DNA of 64,000 nt from Lingula anatina (GCA_051362555.1 CM120640.1:53484788-53548787); one strand, 5' to 3'; counted from the first letter of the stretch, positions 1-19,402 are shown. Notes: generated from the letters alone by a model not told the origin. A program made the numbers and translations.

Positions 1-3000
1 AGAGAAGGGAACTCCTTTAAGTTTGGTGATGTTGTGACGTACAAATGTAATAAAGGATATAAACTAGAGGGACAAAAGAGTCGACGCTGCATGGCTACAA
101 AAACGTGGACTGGTAATGACCCAACGTGTGTAGGTATGTAATAGTTCTTTGTTCATAATCTAGGCATGTTTAGGATCGTGAAAATGCAAAACATTGGACA
201 ATGCAAACTTGTCAATGAAATTCTTTTATACACAGTATGTGTTTTAATAATTTATGTCTTCGCTAAATACAAATTGAAACCATCATGTAAATAAAATTCA
301 AAGACTAATCAAAAGCATATCATATTTTTTCAGAAATCAAATGTGATGAACCCCGTGTTCCAAAACATGGTGAGGTTATAGGCAGAAGAGTAACTTTTGC
401 GTCCAAGGTCAGCTTTCAGTGCGACGCTGGCTACAACCTTGTAGGGAATGCTACTCTTGAATGTCTAGAGAGCGGCGAATGGAGTGCTCCATCCCCCACA
501 TGTGAAGGTGTGCTGAAAACGAGTCTTTAGTGCAAACTGATAATGATTATTATAATTTATTTCATAATTGCAACCCTAGGTGTTGAAGTTTCTCAATTAA
601 CAACAAAAGTCATTAGAATTTATACTATCGCCTTTGGTTGCAGTGCTCTTTGGCCAAACCGACATTTTTGCCAAACCAAAATTCCAGAAACAGACGTATA
701 TAAATAAATTTTATATCTGAGAAGCAGGTTGCTTTTAACAGTTTTCATGTAATATCATTTATCGTGGCTATCAAAAGGATGGACCTAAAAGCTGACTATT
801 AAATTGGTTGTCTTTTTAAGTCACTTTTCTTTTCTTTCTTACTATCCAAAAAAAAATTGCAAATCAGAATAATGCAGGTCAAAACTATCAACCTGTTTTG
901 GTGTTTTAATATACCAGTAAAAAATAATCTACATGACCTTTTTCAGCTGCCATATGTGGTAATCCTGGTTCACCAGTAAATGGAGCCAAAGACGGTACCG
1001 TGTATTATTTCCCACATAATGTGACATACAGCTGTTTCAACGGCTACATACTACGCGGCGCCTCCAAATTGACGTGCCAGGCAGATGGAGTTTGGAGTGG
1101 TTCCGCGCCTACCTGCGAGGGTAACCTACCATGTCTTTGAAGAAAATGACAAAAATTAAACGTTTTTTTTTACCTTATTTACATAAATAAATGAATTTGA
1201 CATCGATCAATACTGTTAAACAATAATTTGATTTCCTTCCACACGCAGAGCTCATACTTCAGTAAAATTTAAAGTTTCTTTGGAAATAAGGTGCCTCTCT
1301 TCCTTTTTCACTTTTTCTTCTTACTTCATTTCCTTATTCCTTTGCGCAGTTTTTCTCCGTTTCTTGACCAATTTTTGTTTCTTTCAGCCTGTCCACTAAA
1401 CACCTATATGGCTGCTAATTCCCCAATATGTGTTCCATGTGCTGAGAACACCCACACCGTCACGGTGGCCAGTACCAGTGCTGAGCAGTGTGTGTGTAAC
1501 AAAGGGTATACTGGTCCGCCAGGTGGACCCTGTCAGGGTAAGTAATATATGGGGGGTTGGGGGAGTGGTAGAAAGGTTTATAATCAATTGATTTCGCATA
1601 CATGTATGGTAACGTTAGTATGAATTCAAAAAAAAAGAAATTTTTGTAAAATATAACTTCTTTCTAAGAAGGGAAATATATCATGTAGCCCTATAAATAA
1701 TTTGGCTCCCTCCTTATGTATTTATTTCAGATTGTCTGTGGCATTATTTTGATTTTTATTGCCTTTCCTGTAGTTTTCCCTGCAACTGAAAATCGACTGT
1801 AAAGATTTTTAACGTAAACCTAATTCATTCATTCAAAATCCGTGTAATACATTTATCAAAAATTTGCTCTTTCAAGGTTTAAAGGGACACTGTTTGTTAG
1901 AAATCGAGAACTAAATCTAACTATGTCTTTTTTTATGAATATTCAGAGTCAAGTGTCTCTGGTGTTTGGAATTTCAGATTTCAATAAACTTAACATACAT
2001 AGGTATGGATACTCTTTTATTCAGTCATTAATTACACGCATATAACGTTTTCTTTGATGTAGAAATCCGCTGCCCTGTCTTGCAAGCTCCTCGCCATGGC
2101 TCCATCTCACAGTGTGACAACAAGCTAGGCAGTAGTTGCGCCTTCAACTGCAGTGACGGTTACATACTAGATAAAGGCACAGCCATGCGGACCTGCCAAG
2201 AAAACGGAGACTGGGACGGGGCCATGCCCGGGTGCTCAGGTGGGTACTGACTCTGATATATTAGGTCTGGAGGACATTATCTGTGTCGATGAAGGAACGT
2301 TTATTGATATATTTTGAAGAATAAACTGACAGGTATTGATATTGACAAAAATTATCTTCAAAATGATACAGTAAGTAATGTTACTCAGCCATTATGCAAG
2401 ATATTTTGGAAATGTTAATTTTCAACCACGCCCTTTGTTTTGTGGCACAGGCCTGATTTGTACTGCAGTAGTCGCGTGTAGCACATCTGGCATTTTGAAA
2501 ATGAAACATTTCCTTTTGCCTATACTGTGTTATGTATGGGTTAAGATAAGACCTCTCCGAAAAAATGTATTTAATTAATAAGGCTTGAACGTAGATTCAA
2601 TGAATCTTGGAAAAGTACATTACTTATATTTACCTATTGTTATTCCTTCTATATAGCAACGAGAATCTTATCGTTATAACATTTTTTCAGCCTGTCTCCG
2701 CCACACATACAAAGCCGACTTACGCAGCTGCCTGCCGTGCCCCCGACACTCACACACTGAGGGGACAGCAAGGATGAAAAACGGCTGTCTATGTGATGAC
2801 GGCTACCAGGGACCACCAGGAGGCCCGTGTACAGGTAAGTACGCCAAGCTTGACCACTGCCTTGGGATCTGCATTCATTTGTTTTGTAGACGTTGGACTG
2901 GTTAGATATTAATATTGCAAAAATATATATAATATTGAGGTCTTGCTTATACATTTGTGTCAACTAAGTTTCTTCCAGCACGTGTGTTGTGGTTTTCTCT

Positions 3001-6000
3001 ATTTTTACACTCAGTTGCAGTATATGCATTGGATATATTGAGCGTGTCTTTTTATTTTAGCTACCATTTTCGAATTTCGGACTTTCATTTTGGTGGATAT
3101 AGGTAGTCTCAAACAATGTTCTCTTTATTCATATTTTTTTTAAATATAGCAACCCCGATGGTTGAAATTATACATAGGCCTATATTTTATTTAATTCACA
3201 ATTCAAAGGAAGCCTGGACATTTTGGTCCTGTTGCATGCCATATTTAGTGTCGCTCTCACCTCCCTGGAAAGGATACAGCCCGGCTGCCGTATTAAGCGT
3301 TCAAAGCTAGCAAACGTACCATTGCTCTTTATGACATAATGTATGAAACACTTCTCTTCTCTTTCGTTTTTTATTTATGTAAGCACGGCCCCAACAGTAG
3401 ATGAGACACGTATTTCGATACACATTGATTACAAAAGATATTTTATCGTTTATCATAGATATCGATGAGTGCGCACCTAACGATGGCCGTGGACCCTGCC
3501 AAGACACGTGTGAGAACCAGGACGGCAGATACAGGTGCTTGTGTTCTATACAAGGCTACAAGATAGATCCCAAAGATGGACACAGTTGTTTAGGTAATGA
3601 ATACACTAAAAAGCTGTGGTTTTACGTTCAATATTTGTATTTGATGTGTGTTACTAGGAATGGCTTTATCCTATCGTTAGTATAACGAAGCCCACTAATT
3701 TAAAATTGAAAATGATAAAGAATACCAGAAAAGCACTCCGAGAGCGCAGACCTTCGCCAAGGCAACAATTTTTGATTATTATTGATTATTGTTGATTATT
3801 AATTCAGATCACCACCAAAAACAAATCATCTGTTCCTTGGCCCACTTCTGACAGTTCCTGAAAATTTCATTTAAATCGGTCCATGACTTTTTGAGTTATG
3901 TTGATGACAGACAAACAAACAAACAAACAAACAGGGGTGAAAACATAAGTAAGTTCTACAACCTCCTTGGCGGAGGTAATAAACCAGTTGTAAAAACACT
4001 GTAATGGCATGCGACAAAATAAGATGCAATTGCGAACAGTGTGGTTGACTTCAGAATTTAGTTTTTGTTGTGGTTGGGTTAAGTCAAACCACTAAAAGAT
4101 AACTATGCCATCTTTCTTTGAATTTCATACTTCTTGTCTGCAGTAAACGAAACGTGCCGAAATTTGACGGAGTCTGACGCCCCAGATAACGGTGGTCTTG
4201 TGTGTCACTGGTACCGGGAGCAAAATTCTCAGCAGTGCTCAGTGAAATGCAACCCTGGGTTTGAGTTCCCTTCCAGAACCAACGACTACGAAACCTGTGG
4301 ACCAATGACCGACTATGTGTGGACGTATCAAAGAGAAAATATAAACAGCACTCTCGACCCCTGCATCGGTAAAAAAGGAAGATTGTTAATTATGATAAAA
4401 AGGTGGATTAAAAGGGCACATTTGTACTTTCGTTAAAAATAAGGGGTTGAAAATCCGTTATTGATAAAACTCATTTATACAGTAAATGAGTGAAATTAGG
4501 ATTTTAAAGACTGCATTGACATAAGGGAAATAGCAACTGTTGGTAAGACAGGACAAGGCAATTCTTAATTTCACCTAATTGTATTATTTGACGAAAGACT
4601 TCTATTTTCTTTTGCATTCTCATGAAATATAATGGATTTGTTACAGACTAATTAATTCCTTTAAGAGTGTAGGTTCTTTACTCAGCGTTTTTCAAATAAA
4701 ATTTGATTAAAAATTTTTCTTTTAATTTTTCAGTGGAATTCTTCCCGGATTTCAAATTCGAAGCCAACTCGACTTACTTTGTGCGTGCCTGTAATGAACT
4801 GACAGAACAAGAGAGAAACGATGTGAAACGAGAGTTCGCTAAAAAGTTGTCAGATGAAGGAGTCTGTCTTAAAAGCAGTACTAAGGTCTGTGACATGAAG
4901 AATGTTGGAATCATTTGTGGAAGAACCACAAAACGGAGACGCAGACGTGGTGTCGTGGAAGAACTCCAGTCGGTTGACTTCAAATTCGACGTCGAAGCCA
5001 ACAAAGGCGCAGGGCAGACATTCACGCAACGTGACCGGAAAAACATATGCATTTTTCTTCGCATTCCCGATCGACACTGTGAAATTTTGGGTGATAAGGT
5101 TTTCAAAACTTACAAAAGGTTTTTAAAGGCCGCAGTGATGAATGCTAAACGGGTACTAGAAAGATTGTATCGGGAGCGTCTGGGGGCGCTAGCATTTAAC
5201 GCCGCTAATCGGGACTTCGAACCACAGCAAAATGGTCTTGACGCCTCTGGTGTTGAAACCGTATGTCCCAAAGCAATGAAAGCCAGTAAAGAAAATTGTG
5301 GTAAGCTGCCTAAGAAGATGCACGTCAACTTAAGTTGGGTTCTTAGTGTGAATATGCATTTGTATGTTGTTTTCACACAGCATTATGATAGAAGAACAGT
5401 TTATTAATGCGCATTTATTAAAGAGAAATCTTAATGCCGAAGCAAATATATCACTCAGAATACCAACAGGACAATACTAAAATACTGTGAATTATCATAT
5501 CCTGAATTAGGTTTGAAGTGGTAAACAAAAGGGAGATCTATTCATGGATTAACTAATGTGTACGTTATATTATACATTTGATCGTTTTTTAACTGCTTTT
5601 TAAAATTTATTATTCTATTGTTAAAATCAGTTTTACCTAGTAGATAATGTTATATTTCTCAATATTTAATTGCAGTCCCCTGCCAAGCTGGATCATTCTA
5701 TGATGCGGCAGACGATAAGTGTAAGCCATGTCCGATGGGAACCTACCAGCCCTTGGCACGACAGACGGCCTGTGTGCCCTGCCCTACAGGGTCTACAACA
5801 GGGGCACCAGGGGCAAGAATCTGCAGGAGTAAGTTTAAACTTCATAATTATTTTCTCCCGACATGATTTTGAGTAAAAGATATCTAAGGTTATAAAATGA
5901 AACAATAACAACTTTTGCTGGGTTTAAAGCAAAGAAGACTAAGACAGATGAGACACAAAAAATAAATTTTGGTAGGATCCCTGTTTCTTTAAATTTTCTG

Positions 6001-7070
6001 ATACAGTGTATTAGTCACATGACAAGCCAAGACCAAGTTAAAAAAAGTTAGTATAACGCAATTTCTAAATCCTTAATAATAAATAAATAATTTAAATGGG
6101 CAAATAAATCCTCATGCGTCCTTAACAATTTGTTGGTACTAGTATAATGATTTATGTGGCAAAAATGGAAAAGGAGGATAAAAACGGAGACGAGGGTGCA
6201 GAATTAGAAAACCCTCTATGAACTTGAAGAAAATTTAAATCCTTTAAAAGAATATCGTAAATGCACCATAACTACATCGGATTCTCTCTCTCTCTATCTC
6301 TTTTTTTTTTTTTTTACCAATGAGCTTATCTTTTTTCCAGTGTGCCCAGCCAATAAGAAAGGGCACCTGTGCCAGGAGGACTGTGACTGTGTGAACGGGC
6401 GGTGTGACCCGAGGAATGGAGAATGTCGTTGTCACAGTGGATGGGAGGGGCAAAGGTGTGAAATGGGTAAGGGACAGTTTTAGTCATTGGACATTTAGAT
6501 TATTGCGATAAATTGTGGATTTTCAGGTATCGGCATGAAATCCGTGGAACCACTTCTGGTCGCGCTTTCTTTCCCCATACTGTCCAAGATCCACTTCTGC
6601 TCATTCATTTATTTAAAATAGTTTATTCAAACCAGCTCTTCATATAATTATGAGACTGTGTTCGTGAGATAAATGGCTAATGGTGTTAAATGTGTCATAG
6701 ATTAACTAATAAGTATCAATTGCTTTATTCAAAAACAAGAAATTGGCCCCTATACATATGAATAAATCATTAGTTTATGGGCAAACACGTACAAGACTTC
6801 AGGCTCAGCAAGCTTCAGGCTCAACAAAATTAAGTCCATATCAACGTGGTTCTTGGGTTATATTTTCTTAATTGTGATCTTGAAGAAAACATTAAAAAAT
6901 GTTTTTTTTAATTTCCAGATATCCCAGGGTGTTTGGCAGGGAGTTGTTTCCGTAACGTGACTTGTTACGACGTGCCAGCCCCCGGGACTGGGTTTCGCTG
7001 CGGTCCATGCCCTCCCGGGTTTACTGGAGACGGGTCGCTGTGTCACCCATTACTTTTATCAACGCTTTAA
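1..7070 (+). CDS. 3' portion of a sushi(CCP)/EGF/ephrin-receptor-like (GCC2-GCC3) multidomain extracellular protein, SVEP1-like; 5' end outside window
   Basis: Exons <1-133, 334-507, 947-1120, 1388-1537, 2063-2239, 2691-2834, 3459-3593, 4144-4368, 4734-5300, 5676-5828, 6341-6466, 6919-7070, all GT-AG and phase 1. Sushi motifs (CxxxGxWSxxxPTC), Ca-EGF (DIDEC...), CPMGTYQP-type Cys repeat; last exon DIPGCLAGSCFRNVTC...GPCPPGFTGDGSLC...TL*. Confidence 0.85.
3725..3982 (-). mobile_element. Short non-autonomous Helentron/DINE-1-like element (HINE) in an intron
   Basis: Subterminal inverted repeat ACCTTCGCCAAGG (3750-3762) / CCTTGGCGGAGGT (3965-3977), the latter within a small palindrome; (ACAA)n at ~3910-3932; terminal hairpin GCACTC-CGA-GAGCGC. 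Related pieces at 41578, ~30450 and ~51655. Confidence 0.7.
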
Positions 7071-8440
7071 AGATAAAACAGACAAACGCTGCCTGTCAGA
7101 GTCATAATTAAGCTTCATGTTTGATGGACTCAGTTAATGTAACTATGCTTGACAGTGATTTTAATGAATGCTTATGGCAAGTTAGGCCTGCCGGTAACTT
7201 GAAGAATTACAGTCGTCCCGATTACCATTAAAATTAAAATCAAAATTAATCGAAAAGGCCTAAATAGCAATGTAACAATTAACAATTAAATGGATTATCG
7301 GAGAAATCAATTCGTTTTTATTAGTCTTCTCCTTGCTGACATGTTCATTTTTTTTAAAGAATAAAAACATGCTTAATGACAATGTAATGAGAAATTTAAA
7401 CGTTTTATTTGTTTTAAGAGTTAATTTTAAGAGTTTTATTTGCAATGAATTTTTAATATTTCCGACAGCTCTGTTTGTAGGAACTGTAAGAATATATAAG
7501 TAAGGCTATATGATCGCGAAGAGTTGGCCTATTAAAAATTTACATACGTGTATGATGAATACGTTAAATAAAAGTCCTACCCGGAATCCTTGTGATCAAT
7601 AGCCTATCAGTAGCCCTATGAAAAAAAATTAAAGGGGCAGTCCCTTGACTGTATACCTAGCTACAGGCCTCGTTAAGCCTACATGTATCACTTATACAGA
7701 AAGCAAAGGATTTGGGGGACGAATATTTAGTAAAATTAGTTTGGCAATTTATACTTAGGCCTACTGATTTTTTTGGAAATGTTGGTAGGCCTAATTAGGC
7801 CTACAACAAACTTCCATTCAAATTTAGGCCAAATACAGCTGGAACCATTTCAGGGTAGGGGTAGAAAAGTGGCTGTTATTTCAAAGGACAAAGGGTTTGA
7901 AGGTTTATTGTAAAAACATAGTAACCATAAAATAAATTAGCAAATCTAATTAATTAAATAGGCCTATGCCTATAGAACGTGCAGACATTGATAATTATCT
8001 AACCGAATTTAGAAAAACCTTGAAAATTATAGGCTTAGGTCACCTTTAGAATATATTTGTGTGAGGGGAGAGGGGAATACTAAAAAAAATTAAAAAGTTT
8101 TAAAATCTATAGTGGGATGTATTTTTTCTTGAAAGCCCGACGACAACTTATTCCAGCGTCTAGCAACCGGATATTCTATTAGTCATTTTGTGCGCAATAA
8201 ACGGGTACGCATCCAAAACCCGTTTGCACTTCCTCTTCCGTGCTAGTGATGGTGGCGTGCTGGCAGCAATATTCCAACCGGCGAATTAAGAATTCTGTAT
8301 GAAAAATAGAACAATAGCACATTGATACACGTGTTTTATATGGGGTGTAGTATAGACTACAGCACTATCTATTCCCGGAGCGAGAGCAGACTGCAACATA
8401 AAGTATCAAGGTGATATCAACTCAGGGCCAAGGTTGCAGA

Positions 8441-9328
8441 ATGCCCAGTAAAGCGAAGCACCGATTTCCCAAGGATAAGGATAAGGGGCAAGTGAAATTG
8501 CAATATAAACAAGACGAGAGTAAGTCCTCTGCGGATGGCCATACTCAGGACCATGGACGGAGGAAAAGGAAGACGAGTGGCAGCGATGATGATCCTGACC
8601 AGGGCTTCAGTCTTGGTTATCCGATTCTGTTGACTCTGTCTGCGGTCATATTAGTAGTAGTTGGAGTTGTTTATGTCTACTGGATGCACGAACTGAGAGA
8701 GCGTGTCCGAAGACCTCTTAACTCTCCGCTCATCGTTCCAGTGAATGCCACGTCGGCTGCAGTGGCCCCTGAGAAGTACTGGGGCAGTTATCGCCCCCAT
8801 GCATATTTTGGGTTAAAAACTCGCAGCCCGAAGTCCCCTGTGTTTGGATTAATGTGGTTTACACAGTTTCTTGGAGAGAGGCCACCTGCAGTAAGACATT
8901 GGTGCGATCACGTAAGTGTGCAAACTTCCTCTTACTCCTAAAGAAGATATTCTGGATCATGGAATGATATTTTACTGATACGTTTACAATTTAATGTTTT
9001 GATAGAATTCATGAGGCATCTCAGTGTCACATTTGTGCCTTTCCTGATCTAAATTGCAGTGTATGGAATTACCCCCCTTCCCAGAAGTCATGTTAGTCTG
9101 CAAATCATAGTTGTAATAATTCTCTTTACAGGGTGATGGCATGTTACGCTATGGCTGGCTCGCTCACGATGCAACCAACTTTGGGGTGCAGGAAATTATT
9201 GATCGCACAGTAACTTTGAGGACAGAATATTTGAAGAAACCCGGTGGGGACCATGGCGGTGACTGGACTGCTAAGATATCTGCAACGCCAGTACCAGCAG
9301 TGAGTACATGCATGCTGTTCCGCACAAA

Positions 9329-9374
<46 letters not shown>

Positions 9375-12149
9375 ATTATAAACTGGTTTGGTTGAATGGG
9401 AAATGGAAAGTTGGTGCCAAGGTAAAAGTATTGAAATGGAAAAAAATGTCCTCTGTGTTCCTCAGTTGTTGAGCAACCCAAATGATTTATAGTTACACTT
9501 CCATATAGAAGATTTATATGAAAAGACATACTTCATGTGACCTATGTTTTTTTAAAAACTGTAACTGTATTACCCATTTTTTTTTAGCTTTAAGACACTG
9601 GTATTTTTTTATTTTCTTTTCAAAATTACATGAAATATTTTATTAATAAAAATAAAACTTGACAGGAATATTGCATAAACTTTATGCTTTAACTGACTCA
9701 AATATTCTTAAAATGCATTAACAGAAATATTTTCGTTCTTTACTGTTTACTTACTGTTTTGTGGAATTTATGCATCACATACTGAACTTTTTACATGTAC
9801 ACAATTGACTCTTTTATCTCCAAGTTCTGCATGTCAGGCGATTTTCTTAATTGTGGCAAACTTGTAGTAAAGGCATTGTTACAGTGCTGTTTAAGCTGTT
9901 CCATATTCATAATCTCTGAAACCTTGAAAGCTTTTGTTAGAACTTGATTTTTATCAAGTGTCTTTGAAATATGTAAGTGAATGTTATCTCTTCTTGAGGA
10001 GACAGCTGGTTTATTGCCTCTGCATATTTTAATCTAACATGTGATATCATATCTAGCTCTCTTTTTGGAGTTTGTAAAAAAAGAATAAAATGTGAACATA
10101 ATTCATAAATATCCTATCCCATGAACAATTTAAAAGATTTTTTTGAACGTCAATTTTCTTCATATTGGTAATAAAAAAAATTGCCTCTAGTCTGCTCTAG
10201 CAGTAATCTGATTGTATGTCCTAAATATTGTTTATTTCTATATCTTTCAGCCTGGTGGAGAAACAATGGTTGTGTCCTTATTGTTTTATGCTGCCTTGGA
10301 TGGACCTGGCTCCCTACAACCTACAGTGGAAAAGAAGCGTACCATGACAGTGGTCTCTGGACACACAGCAGAAACAGGCAGCTTCAAATTATATTTTCCA
10401 ACCCCGGGAAAGAATGTTAAGGCCACAGACTATCTCTTAGCCAATGCTACTGGTCTTAATAAGCTGAAAGAAGCTGTGATGGCTGGCATGAGAATGGCTC
10501 CATGGGGAGATGATAAGACCAAAAGTTACATTGGTCTTGGGGGAAGGTTGTTACCTGATGGTATCACTTCTCCCAACCTTGTTGTCCATCAAGTGACGGT
10601 TGCCCTGCCATTTCACATGGAAGTTATTTATGAGTCTGGTAGCAAAACTAGGGAGACAACCCTCAGTGGCAGTGTGTATGATGTAGAACTCTCCAAGCAA
10701 CGCATTATATTTGAGAAGAAATTTGAGAGTATTTTTGAGCTACAGGATAAAGGTTATAATCCTGAAGACAAAGCAGCAGCAAAGAATGCTCTGAGTAATA
10801 TGCTAGGTGGCATAGGGTATTTTTATGGAGCATCAAAAGTGCAGTCCTCTTATAACAAGGAACCGATAGATTACTGGTCTGCCCCACTGTACACAGCAGT
10901 GCCTTCTAGGTCTTTCTTCCCAAGGGGGTTTCTTTGGGATGAAGGCTTCCACAACCTACTCATCATGGAATGGGATCCTGAGATTAGCAAGGAAATCATT
11001 GGACACTGGTTAGACTTGATCAACAAAGAAGGCTGGATCCCAAGAGAGCAAATCTTAGGTGTTGAAGCAAGAGTGAAGGTGCCCGATGAGTTTGTTGTGC
11101 AGAAAAATGAAAATGCAAATCCACCAACGCTGTTTTTACCCCTCCAAAAATTAGTCAAACAATTATCCAAGAGTGATGATCCAAAAGACCTTGAATATTT
11201 GAGAAATATTTATCCAAGGCTAAGAATATGGTATAGATGGTTCAACGAAACTCAAGCTGGTCCTAAACCTTTGACATATAGATGGCGTGGAAGAGACCCC
11301 AACACCAAGAGGGAACTCAATCCAAAGACCCTCACTTCAGGCCTAGATGACTACCCAAGAGCATCTCACCCTACTGATGCTGAAAGGCATGTGGATCTTC
11401 GCTGCTGGATGGCTCTGGCATCAGGTATTATGGCTGACATTGGAAAGACCATTGGGGAACCATGGGAAGACTACCAGGCAACTCATGATTTGTTAACAGA
11501 CAATAAGCTTCTTGATGAACACCACTGGTCTGAAAAGGCTCAGATGTACAGTGACTTTGGACTGCATACTGACCATGCAAAACTTGTGAGACCTAAACCT
11601 CCAAAAAATTTAGCTCCAGGTCAGCGACCTCCTCCTCAACAGCAGATGGAAAAGGAGAGACAGGTGAAGAGTCAACCCAAACTTTCCTATGTAAATTCAT
11701 TTGGTTATGTCAGTTTATTTCCTTTCTTGTTACAAATTGTAGACCCAAATTCCCCAAAATTGGACAAAATACTAACAGACTTGAAAGATCCCAACTTATT
11801 ATGGACCAGGTTTGGACTGCGATCTCTGGCTAGAAATGCACCACTCTATAGAAAGCACAACACTGAACATGATCCACCTTATTGGAGGGGAAATATATGG
11901 ATCAACATGAACTATTTAGCTATTAGAGCACTACACCATTACTCTAATACTGAGGGACCATACAAAACCAAAGCAAAAGAAATTTATAAAGAGTTAAGAG
12001 ATAATGTTGTGAAAAATATTGTAAACGAATATAAAAGGACAGGTTATGTATGGGAAAATTATGATGATTCAACTGGCGAAGGAAAAGGTACTCATCCTTT
12101 CACGGGTTGGTCAGCATTATTTGTACTCATCATGGCTGAAAAATACTAG
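8441..12149 (+). CDS. MOGS: Mannosyl-oligosaccharide glucosidase (glucosidase I, GH63), ~845 aa
   Basis: Exons 8441-8911, 9132-9299, 10251-12149. Basic N-tail plus type II TM helix, [63 protein letters not shown] motifs. Confidence 0.97.
9333..9370. repeat. (CA)n microsatellite in MOGS intron 2
   Basis: Direct reading. Confidence 0.95.
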
Positions 12150-14194
12150 TACATGGTCTCTTTTTACAAAATATATCTCAAATCCATTCTTGGTTGTTAA
12201 TTAAATAAAGTGTGAGCAACTTGTGTTTTTATAAAAAAAATACAAAATGTTTCACATTAAGTTATTGATGACATATATATAGATATACACCTTTTTACTT
12301 CAAACCAACGTATGTTCAAATCATATTTGCTCTTACTTAGCAATGTTCATTATAACAGGAAATTGGGTTTTAACCTTGACATCCAGTTGTTATATTTAAC
12401 TTGGAATTTGTTTTGTGCTCTTTCAACTTGTGATGTGAGAACATCATGCTAACTAAATGCAGTTAACAGTGCAATAGCTAGCTTTAAACATAAAGGTCAT
12501 TTAAGCTATTGTTAAGAAGTTGTCATGTTTTAATAATGAAAAACACACTGTCAGCTAATTTAATCAAGTTGCTAGGGGGTTATCCATTTTGATCATCACA
12601 TTCACAAGTCTAGCCTCAAACAAACCAGTTGCCCCAATCCCAGTTTTTATAATGATCATGTATCAACTATGCACGAGGGTTGTGTGCCCCATGTTGACAT
12701 TCCAACAATAAATTTATTTAAAATGACGATTGTACTTCACTATATTTCATACATTTTTAAGCAGACAATAATAACAAACACATATTTGTTTCAATCTTAT
12801 ATTTTACGACAATGATTTAAATAGCAGTATTGAAATTGATAATTTGCGACCACTACTCAAGAAGTTTGACAGTTAATTAAATATTAAATTCTAATGGGTT
12901 CCAAGTGCATCTGAATTCAGTGCACAAGTTGGAAGTGTCAATGTCATACATACTTTTGATGAACACTACTGGTTTTTTCTCAACAGGAAACTATACAAAA
13001 ACTAGCTTTGTAATATTTTACCATACAAAGTACAGAGCCACTTGAACAATTTCAGTACCAAGAATAGGTGTGACCAAAGAGAATTGTAGCAAAGTTCCTT
13101 GTGCACTACCAAGTATTTTGAAAAATATGTAAAACTGCTGTTAAACCTGAAAAGACCCCAATATACTTCTCACTATCATCTTTTTATAATGGAAAGAACT
13201 GACTGCTATCTTTTACAGTAAAATGAGGAAAAATATTTTTTGAGTTCTTAAAATGGTCACAAAAGAATCCGATATTTTATTTATGGAACCTTTCAAATAG
13301 CCATTATAATAGATTTAAAATATAATACATACATCCACTTGAAACACATAAAAGCAGTTGCTATTAAACTTGATAACCCTTTGCAAAGATCACAGAATTC
13401 CAGTTACTGCTATGACATAATTTCAGTCAAAACTTCTCTGCCACAATTTTTGATGAGCAATACAGATGACTGGACTTGCATGCACAAGGAAATACATTCC
13501 AGCTGAAAGAGGGACCAAAGTGAATTACCTCACATCGGACAAAATGATCTTCATCAGGGCAAGTTGATCCAGATTAGTTTGTGTTTACAAATATAGCCAA
13601 TTAGCCCCTTATACATCATGGACTTGTTACAAATTTTTCTTCTTCCACCTGTTCCCTTGAACTACACAAATTTACTTGTAACTTACTATAAAACAAAGAC
13701 AGCGCTGCAGGCGAGTGAAATCAAGCACCTTGGTGGGTTTGCTGTCCTATAATGTATGGGTGGGAATCAAAATGCATGATGTATTTCTACCATGTCCAGA
13801 TATTATTCCTATCCATGTCTAAATGCAATCTACACATATATCAAAGATTTTCTTTTAAAAAAAGTGGCATGTAAGCATGATGGAGATCATATATACAGCA
13901 TGACCAATAATAGACATGAATAAGGAAACTTGGACTGAAATTGTTCTGCTATGCAAATATTACAGTCTACCGCGCCACATAGTTGGAAGCTGAAATCTAA
14001 GCCTTATGTTTGGCAACTAGAGAATTCAAGACAACTTCCCTTGAAACCAATTCCACTGCATCTCAGCCACATGGTTGGTAATAAGGTACTACAGAAAAGT
14101 AAACAGACACCAACTGCAGTAACTTACAGTATTTACAAACAGCCGGGGCCATATAGGTAATACATTTTATAATAGGTATCCAGTCCATCTACCG

Positions 14195-19402
<5,208 letters not shown>

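Noticed and set aside
8411-8440. GTG start for MOGS from the ORF track
   Set aside because: Eukaryotic gene; the in-frame ATG at 8441 is the likely start. Many track ORFs similarly begin inside introns.
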